From assembly GCA_016932045.1 (NCBI GenBank), contig JAFGDO010000011.1, forward strand, positions 71,997-124,620: DNA of 52,624 nt, read 5' to 3'. The notes below the pieces were generated by a model. That model was not told the origin of the DNA. It saw nothing but the letters and a program-made list of their open reading frames with translations, and searched no databases. This DNA comes from Candidatus Dojkabacteria bacterium. Lineage in GTDB: Bacteria; Patescibacteriota; Dojkabacteria; JAHIVN01. The position numbers and the translations under genes are program-made. This document shows positions 45,801 through 52,534 of the stretch, piece by piece; position 1 is the first letter of the stretch; each line of letters starts with the position of its first letter.

Positions 45801-46709
45801 GAGATAGGGTGGCCTTTCTGTATCTCTGTATCTTGCCTTAACATCTGCAACAACTTCAGCTAATAGTTCTCTTTCTTGGGCTAGTTCGATCATGTTTTCT
45901 GCAAGAAATAAGTGGGTTCTGGTTTTAGGATAAACTGGAAATACTAAGTCTGTAGGTGAAGCTTCTTCTCTTGCGGATAGAATATCTTTGAGTACGTATA
46001 AAGATACGAAAGCAACTCTTCTTACAACTCCAGTACTTGCTACTATATCTAGTTGCTCAGCAGCATGACTAAAGTTGTGTCCCTCAAGAAATATCAGCCT
46101 GACAAGTTCTATAGCAGCTTCAGGATCTACATCCAGGATCTTTCCCTGGTTGGCAAGTGGGCTTCTGAATTCGCATAAAACTGCTGCCCAACATTGGTAG
46201 ATCTCTGAGGAAGGATCAAATGCCTCAACATTTTCTGAAAGAACTTCTTGATACATTCTTTGAAATCTTGTCCTAGCTTCAGCCCCATAGATCCGAAGAG
46301 CCCTTCGCGTGCAGTTTCCTTGCGAGTAACCAAAGTACTCTGCCGTTTGAGGATCAGCAAGAATAAGTAGGTCGCGCACTAAGGTAGCAAGACCATTTAC
46401 ATTTGTTTCTTCAAAAGTAGGAAGCATCACCACAATGTCTTGCAAACGATATCCTTCAAAAAGATAAAGTCTTGCCATATGCATGATTTCTTGTGCACTA
46501 AAACGTGATTCTCTTCCGAGTCGTGCACTTGTTAGCGCTATATCTATTTGAATAAGAGGTGTTAGGTGGGCAGCCACTCTGTCCCAGGCTAGTTCATTTG
46601 GACAACAGGCATGGACAAATTGACGCATTCGTGTCATACGTGTAAATCTTTCTGGGGCAAATTCTTGAGGGGCGGTGCCTTCTTGTTGCGGATTTATTTC
46701 TTCTTCCAT
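42879..46709 (-). CDS. 1,276-aa Lys-poor protein: poly-HTH/OmpR-like wHTH N-terminal region fused to a complete sigma-70 domain
   Basis: The C-terminal ~288 aa contain [47 protein letters not shown] and [31 protein letters not shown]. Upstream are Trans_reg_C-like modules ([35 protein letters not shown]...). Confidence 0.75.
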   Translation of the reverse strand: [1276 protein letters not shown]

Positions 46710-46830
46710 GAATTAGGTACACTATGGGATTATAGCATTATATGGGGGGAATATAAATAAGCAACAACGGTTTAAACTCCTGAAAAACAAAGTTTTTTTT
46801 TGTAATTCGGGCATAATTAACTACTTTGTA

Positions 46831-48897
46831 TTACCTTGCTCTTGGCCGTGCCGACAAAACTTTTGCTGTTTCAGTTAAGGCCGTAGTAATTTTTGATCGT
46901 AGTGCAAGTGTTGATTCTCTATCAGTAATCATATGAGCTACCTGCCTTCCCGAGTACCCCTGTAATATCGTGAATAATATAAACTGTGCTACCGGGAAAA
47001 AACTTCCTTGAGCCAAGTTACTGCAAGCTATTTCCAGTGCCAAGTCATTTCCTCTTGCTAATCCCTTTTGTGAATGACTAGAGGTGCTATTCTTTGACCT
47101 TTTCGTACGATAAGTAATGTGTATAAAAGCTTGTTGTATCTTTTTATAGTATTTAGGATCTTGAGGGGATACTACTAGTTCTTCAAGTTTTTCTGGACTT
47201 GTTTTTAAGGCAACAGCTAATCTCCTTCTGTCAATAGGATTTGCTATCCCAGAACAGACTGCTTCAACTATTAAATATGTAGTTAAATGACTTAGGGTTT
47301 GAGGATGCAAATTTAAAGCTTTTGCGACAGATTGCTTCTCTCTTGTTTTTCCCTGTGCATCCTCTGCAGTGAGTAACTCTATAACGGGAGATATTCTGCC
47401 TTCGATTAGTCCTATGTCAAGTAACATTTCAGTAGAAACTATTCTATCTCTATAGGCTAGGCCGAGTCTAACATCTTTCAAAGTCACTGCCTCTGTCTTT
47501 TCTAGTATAACGGCAGCTAGTTTTGAGCAAACTGAAGAACTTAGTCCAGTTTGGAGAAATGGAAATTTTTCCGTAAGTGTTATTGGGAAATACTGGCAGC
47601 AAAGTTGTGATTGAGCTACTAAGTGAGCGAATTCTGCTCTTTCAAGTGCTTTATATCTTTCACTTACACTATAGTCTCCTGTTTGGAGTTCTTCAACTAT
47701 ATTTACTCGTAATTGTGTTAAAAATCTTAAGTAGAATTCGAGTTCTGATCTAAATGCAAAAACTGCTCTCCACTGTTCTTCTTGCTCAAGTTGATGAAAT
47801 TCAGCAAGTCTTTCTTCTACCTGCTGTAAATCCCAGTATGCCTCAATTTCAGCAAATGTGCAAGCTGTGACTGGAATTTCTCCTTCAAGGCCGGCTATTG
47901 TAAAGGGGGTTAATGGGTAATCAGGGTCTTCAAGTGAGCTTTCTAAAGCTTCAAGTCTATCATAAAAAAATGGGGATTCGTGAGCTTGCATTATATATCT
48001 TACAATATGGTCCATGCGGTTGCGGAATGCGTTCCAGTGTATGCCAGATTTATTCTCTAAGGCGAAAAAGGAATCCCGTGTTTCTTGATCATTTATACCA
48101 TAATATAGTCTTACAGCTGCGTCGTAAGTCATATCAGTCCCTGGAATAGTTATTGCTTGAAGAAAATGTCTATCTCTTTCGGGTAGATATAAGTATGCCA
48201 GAACGATAGTGCGCTGATTTTGGATATCAGCTACTCTGTAAGGATAATTTGTAACGCCCTCTCCCCTATAAACCTCATTGTATTCTTCAGGGTCTACATC
48301 CCATTCCCCAAGTGCTGCAAGAGCAAGAGCATAATCAGATACTTTTTCATTTGGATTTATTCTATCCATCTTTGACTTTAGCGTTATTATTAAAGAAAGA
48401 CGGTATGTTTCTAGTCCTTCGTAAGCTCCAAGCTCTATAAGTGCGGTATAAACCATTATGGACTGTATAGCGAGGCATGCTATTCTGTGGTGGGCAGAAT
48501 ATTCTCTTTTTTCGGTCCTTCTTTGTGAGCAAATGTATATATAGGATAACTCATTTTCTGCCCAGGTTGCTAAGCCTGAAGCAACTTCTTCCGGAGTTTC
48601 CCTTCTTTCTGATACTTGATTTGAATATTTTTCACCAACACTGATTAGTACATCAGTCATAGCCTCAATAAATCTATGAGGCGTTCCCTCTCTTTCTCTT
48701 CTTGCGTGACTTAAATTTACCTCTGAATCTGGAACCTCTCTTCCAATTGCCTTGCCGATAAGTATCTGAGTATGAGGCATGCACCAGGCGGCCTGAAGTG
48801 AAGTTACCTCTCTTGCTAGTAGTTCCTGTGCTGCAGAGGATACTTCTGCAGTTTGTGTAATTGAAGGCTCAAATTCTGGGGTGGATATATACGTCAT
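46831..48897 (-). CDS. 688-aa Lys-poor multi-HTH protein (sigma region-4/LuxR-like segments)
   Basis: LYLPERDRHFLQAI...GIHWNAFRNRMDHIVRYI; KQSVAKALNLHPQTLSHLTTYL; ILQGYSGRQVAHMITDRESTLALRSKITTAL. Confidence 0.55.
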   Translation of the reverse strand: MTYISTPEFEPSITQTAEVSSAAQELLAREVTSLQAAWCMPHTQILIGKAIGREVPDSEVNLSHARREREGTPHRFIEAMTDVLISVGEKYSNQVSERRETPEEVASGLATWAENELSYIYICSQRRTEKREYSAHHRIACLAIQSIMVYTALIELGAYEGLETYRLSLIITLKSKMDRINPNEKVSDYALALAALGEWDVDPEEYNEVYRGEGVTNYPYRVADIQNQRTIVLAYLYLPERDRHFLQAITIPGTDMTYDAAVRLYYGINDQETRDSFFALENKSGIHWNAFRNRMDHIVRYIMQAHESPFFYDRLEALESSLEDPDYPLTPFTIAGLEGEIPVTACTFAEIEAYWDLQQVEERLAEFHQLEQEEQWRAVFAFRSELEFYLRFLTQLRVNIVEELQTGDYSVSERYKALERAEFAHLVAQSQLCCQYFPITLTEKFPFLQTGLSSSVCSKLAAVILEKTEAVTLKDVRLGLAYRDRIVSTEMLLDIGLIEGRISPVIELLTAEDAQGKTREKQSVAKALNLHPQTLSHLTTYLIVEAVCSGIANPIDRRRLAVALKTSPEKLEELVVSPQDPKYYKKIQQAFIHITYRTKRSKNSTSSHSQKGLARGNDLALEIACSNLAQGSFFPVAQFILFTILQGYSGRQVAHMITDRESTLALRSKITTALTETAKVLSARPRAR

Positions 48898-48915
48898 CTA
48901 TTTTATAATGAAATA

Positions 48916-50637
48916 TTACGTTAACCAAGGTTCTGCTTCCTCCCATTCGGGGTCGAAATCTTCTGGAAATGCTATTAACTCTGAAAGGACTCCGGTTGGA
49001 TCAACCTCTTGTAGTATTGAAGCCATTGCATGTTCAGGAACATCATGTCTATCTATAATGCTGTAAACTACTTCAAGAAGGACACTAACTTGACGTCTCA
49101 GTTTTCTCTCACCATTTATACTGCCATTTAATACTTTCCTTTCAGTTTTTCTTAGAGATTCGATTATTTGAGCAAGTTGCTCTCTCATAAGTTCTATTTC
49201 TTCTAGTGAAAGTTGTCTTGCATCACTTGTTCTAAATCTAGCTACTGCTCTTGAGACTCTCCCATTGTTCATTCTGGCTGCTATTATTTGTCTTTTTTGA
49301 GCTTCTACTTCAGCAAGTTCTGTAGTAATTCTCTCTCTTGCTGATTGAGAGTCTGCTCTCCATTGAGATAGCAAATCCGAACAAATGGCTGTTACCATAT
49401 CAGATGCTTCTCCTGCTGTAAGAGGTCTATCATCTCTCATGAGAATAAGTGATATAAGCTGAGGTACTTGCCTTAAGGCTTCAGTAAATTCTTGCCGGTC
49501 TTGGTCTGTTTCAAATTCTTGCTCGAGTATGAAGCGTGCAATATTTGCTTCTGCTGCAAGTACTAAAGTTGTTTTCCGAAGTGCAGCATTTTGAGCTACT
49601 ACCTCGAATAGTCTTTTTGTTGCTTGGCTAGCTTCTCTTGATACAGGTCTACGTTTCAGTTCGTCTGATTTTATAGGAGTTGGTTGGTCAGGTCTTGCCC
49701 TGAGAGCTTTTGAGGGTGATTGAGTTCTTGTTATAGTGCTTTGTTGTCTTGACTGTTCTTGAACAAGATCTCTCTGCGGCTCAGCATCATTCTCTGTTTG
49801 TCTTTGAGAAAGAGCATCTATAAGTGCAGTTGCTTCAGTAAGAGACAAACTTTGCTCCCACATTTGTTTTACAACTTGGTGTTGAAGGGCATAGTCACCC
49901 ATTGTCTCCGATCTTCCAGCTAATTCTTTTGCAAGATTGAGTGGGATTTCTCCTCTGTCGAGGTTTGCATGTCTACGGACGTGATCTATAAGATCTGGAG
50001 CAAGGCCATTCCCCATTTGGGTAAATATAAGAGCTTCTTCAGGTTTAAGCTGTAGAATATCTAATGCAAATCTTGCCATAGTAACTGCATCAAATAAGTA
50101 TTCTTTTGGATATTCAGGATGTACCCAAGATGATTGATCAATTTCTATGTAATCAATTGCTATAGTAAAAGGTACAGGGTATGGCCATGATTCATTTGTA
50201 AATATAGCCATACGAGCTGGAGCTACTGCTCTATGGTCCCCTGCTCCCTTCAGTCTTTCCATGAATAAATCGATTCTGCTTCCTAAAACTACACGAGTAA
50301 ATATTTCCGGCGTAAATTGATCTGGAAATTCTGTGGAAAGTTCTAATAGTGCTACGTATCTATGGAAACCATTCGCAATATGCAGAGAACCATCTTCAAG
50401 CATAACAATCCATACGGCATCTTCTAATCCATTTACAGCTGATGGATCTTCGCTGGCTGCTCGGATTTGAGCCTTTAATCTTTCAACTGTTTCTCTATCA
50501 ACGGGCAAACATGTAGGCTGCTCGATAGCTTCAAGGGGTATTAAAAAATAGGCCTTTTGTTGAGGTGATTGCTCTATAGCTTCCTGTGTTGCTGGGGCAG
50601 AGGTATAAGTTTGTATAACTTCGGGTACCTCTAACAT
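48916..50637 (-). CDS. 573-aa Lys-poor protein with an N-terminal ParB/Srx-like domain
   Basis: IPLEAIEQ...VERLKAQIRA...AVWIVMLEDGSLHIANGFHRYVAL resembles the ParB N-terminal (GxxR/HR) fold. The long coiled-coil-like C-terminus ends 18 nt before the next gene. Confidence 0.5.
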   Translation of the reverse strand: MLEVPEVIQTYTSAPATQEAIEQSPQQKAYFLIPLEAIEQPTCLPVDRETVERLKAQIRAASEDPSAVNGLEDAVWIVMLEDGSLHIANGFHRYVALLELSTEFPDQFTPEIFTRVVLGSRIDLFMERLKGAGDHRAVAPARMAIFTNESWPYPVPFTIAIDYIEIDQSSWVHPEYPKEYLFDAVTMARFALDILQLKPEEALIFTQMGNGLAPDLIDHVRRHANLDRGEIPLNLAKELAGRSETMGDYALQHQVVKQMWEQSLSLTEATALIDALSQRQTENDAEPQRDLVQEQSRQQSTITRTQSPSKALRARPDQPTPIKSDELKRRPVSREASQATKRLFEVVAQNAALRKTTLVLAAEANIARFILEQEFETDQDRQEFTEALRQVPQLISLILMRDDRPLTAGEASDMVTAICSDLLSQWRADSQSARERITTELAEVEAQKRQIIAARMNNGRVSRAVARFRTSDARQLSLEEIELMREQLAQIIESLRKTERKVLNGSINGERKLRRQVSVLLEVVYSIIDRHDVPEHAMASILQEVDPTGVLSELIAFPEDFDPEWEEAEPWLT

Positions 50638-50734
50638 TAATTATGGATATATGAATATTATATAAGCAACCAATTATACTATGGGTTTGTACTGTAATCA
50701 AATTTATACTAGGAGGTAAACATGTCCTATAGTA

Positions 50735-51583
50735 TTGATTGTAGATACCAAAAATGGTATAATTATCCGTGTTTATAAAACTTCTAAATCCGCTAAAATT
50801 CCTTTATTTCCAGCCTATATTTATACAAGAGACTATTTAAATTGTGTAAATAAAGGAATGAAAATAAAGGCAAATCTTACAATCCACTTAAAACGTGGAA
50901 GAATAAATGTTATCAAGAGAACCTTTAAATTGAACAAGGTTATACGTCCTACATATATTACACTTGGATTCTTTAAGTTGCTTATTATCCTACTTTTTGA
51001 TGCAATTCTTATATTAAATAATCTTCCAACTCCTAAAGTGCAGTCCTTTGAAGAGGCTTATTTTGCCCGAGCTAATGTAGAAGATATTTATCTTGAATCA
51101 ATAAAATATGCAGAGAGCAAGATGACTGAAGAAGCAGATGAAGAAAGCCCCGATATGGACATAGTAAGAAACGGAAAAATTGGGAGAATTCTACTCGGAG
51201 ATAAGTATAAAAAACTGGCTGGAAGCTACTATTATCCAAATGTTGAAAAATATCTGCCTATCGTTGATAAAGTATTAAGCGAAAAGGGACTCGATCAAAA
51301 TTCTTTGTTTATTCAGGCTATGTTTTTCATTGGGCAACGAGAAAGTCATTGGCAAACAGGTTCCGTAAGTGGTGCTACATATGGTGGTGAGAATGCAGTT
51401 GGTATATTTCAATTTCTTCCAAGTACTTTTAGAAGCGTTTCAAGAGGAAATATTTATAGTGCAGAAGATCAGGTAAGAGCTTTTGTAACGATGGTCGAGC
51501 GAGGAAGAGTCAGAGAATTTGGGACTCTTTATCTACCAGGCATCAATTCTCGGGCTAAACAGTATGTGTTGAACTATAGGTAA
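50735..51583 (+). CDS. Membrane-anchored lysozyme-like / lytic transglycosylase-like protein
   Basis: QRESHWQ...AVGIFQFLPSTF resembles the SLT E-S...G-L-M-Q...S-x-F core. The track start is TTG; the ATG at 50858 (MKIKANL) is a plausible true start. Confidence 0.5.
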   Translation: MIVDTKNGIIIRVYKTSKSAKIPLFPAYIYTRDYLNCVNKGMKIKANLTIHLKRGRINVIKRTFKLNKVIRPTYITLGFFKLLIILLFDAILILNNLPTPKVQSFEEAYFARANVEDIYLESIKYAESKMTEEADEESPDMDIVRNGKIGRILLGDKYKKLAGSYYYPNVEKYLPIVDKVLSEKGLDQNSLFIQAMFFIGQRESHWQTGSVSGATYGGENAVGIFQFLPSTFRSVSRGNIYSAEDQVRAFVTMVERGRVREFGTLYLPGINSRAKQYVLNYR

Positions 51584-51614
51584 ATTATTCAATTATACGA
51601 TTGCACTATTATAC

Positions 51615-51670
51615 AATTAAGAATTAAAAATTGAGAATGAAGAATTAATAATTAAGAGTTGAGAATTAGG
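51615..51670. repeat. 7-nt periodic tract, 8 units, consensus AATTRAG
   Basis: aattaag aattaaa aattgag aatgaag aattaat aattaag agttgag aattagg. Confidence 0.85.
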
Positions 51671-51719
51671 AGTGATATAATTACCAGCCATTTAAATTCA
51701 TTATTAAAATCTAGGTTAA

Positions 51720-52283
51720 ATGTCGGAAACAAGAACCGAACAGCATGGATTAACCCCAAGAGGTAGACAAGTACTTGCAGGAGCTTTAATAGCTGCTGCA
51801 ATAGTGCTGACAGCATGTACCTCACCTATTCCTAAAATTGTTGAAGCTACTCCTACTACAGTTGGCACTTGTATACCTATTGAGCTAGTTGCACAGTTTC
51901 CTGATGGACCGGGACCTATGGAGATATTTCTACCCCCGGCAGTAGAGGGGAACGATGTGAGTTACTATGTCTTTGTGGTATGGAATGTGATGGAATGGAG
52001 TGAAGCTACAGGAGAAAAAGGGACAATCTTTGTAGAAGAAGTCGGATCTGGAGGTAGGACTCTTTCAGTCATTGGTGGTCTTACTATTTTAAGTGATTTT
52101 CAGGCTTGTACTGATCTTTCAAGTGCTCAAAGAGCAGCGGGACGGATGTTTAAAGAATTGGAAGAAGATGAAAATACAGATCCTTCAGGTGGTATTGAAG
52201 TTAATGGGTACGAGCAATTTCTTGAAGAATTCCAAATAATTCCTCCAAAGTTGCCTGAACCTGTTCCGCTTGATCAGGCTTAA
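51720..52283 (+). CDS. Lys-poor putative lipoprotein
   Basis: Signal plus lipobox RQVLAGALIAAAIVLTAC. TGATATAAT, with TATAAT at 51676-51681, 38 nt upstream. Confidence 0.6.
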   Translation: MSETRTEQHGLTPRGRQVLAGALIAAAIVLTACTSPIPKIVEATPTTVGTCIPIELVAQFPDGPGPMEIFLPPAVEGNDVSYYVFVVWNVMEWSEATGEKGTIFVEEVGSGGRTLSVIGGLTILSDFQACTDLSSAQRAAGRMFKELEEDENTDPSGGIEVNGYEQFLEEFQIIPPKLPEPVPLDQA

Positions 52284-52374
52284 ACTACTGTCTTTACTTT
52301 AACATTTATAATTTGTAACAAAGAATTCAGCTCTGTATAATCGCAGACGTTTTATGGTATTATTGTAAAACAAA

Positions 52375-52516
52375 GGAGAGATGGCAGAGTGGTCTGCGCC
52401 CAAGGCGCATCCGCCTAGGGCGGAGAATGGGACGGTCTTGTTCAATGACACCGCTTTGTGGGGGAATTAATCCGCCGAATTCTGAATTTATCGAAGAAGA
52501 AGGCGGAAAAACCGTT
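52375..52516 (+). pseudogene. Partial 5' duplicate of tRNA-Ser (positions ~1-43) interrupted by two hairpin-bearing insertions
   Basis: Blocks 52375-52394 (19/20), 52425-52440 (16/16) and 52508-52516 (9/9) match the intact tRNA at 52535. They are separated by insertions at 52395-52424 and 52441-52507. No T-arm or 3' acceptor follows. Confidence 0.5.
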
Positions 52517-52534
52517 ATTTAAAAATTCTTGGTA

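Noticed and set aside
4313-51670. Whether the short tandem/periodic repeats are a CRISPR array or minisatellite coding repeats
   Set aside because: The units are 7 nt with no spacers, so they cannot be CRISPR. The period is not a multiple of 3 and the tracts are intergenic, so they are not coding repeats.
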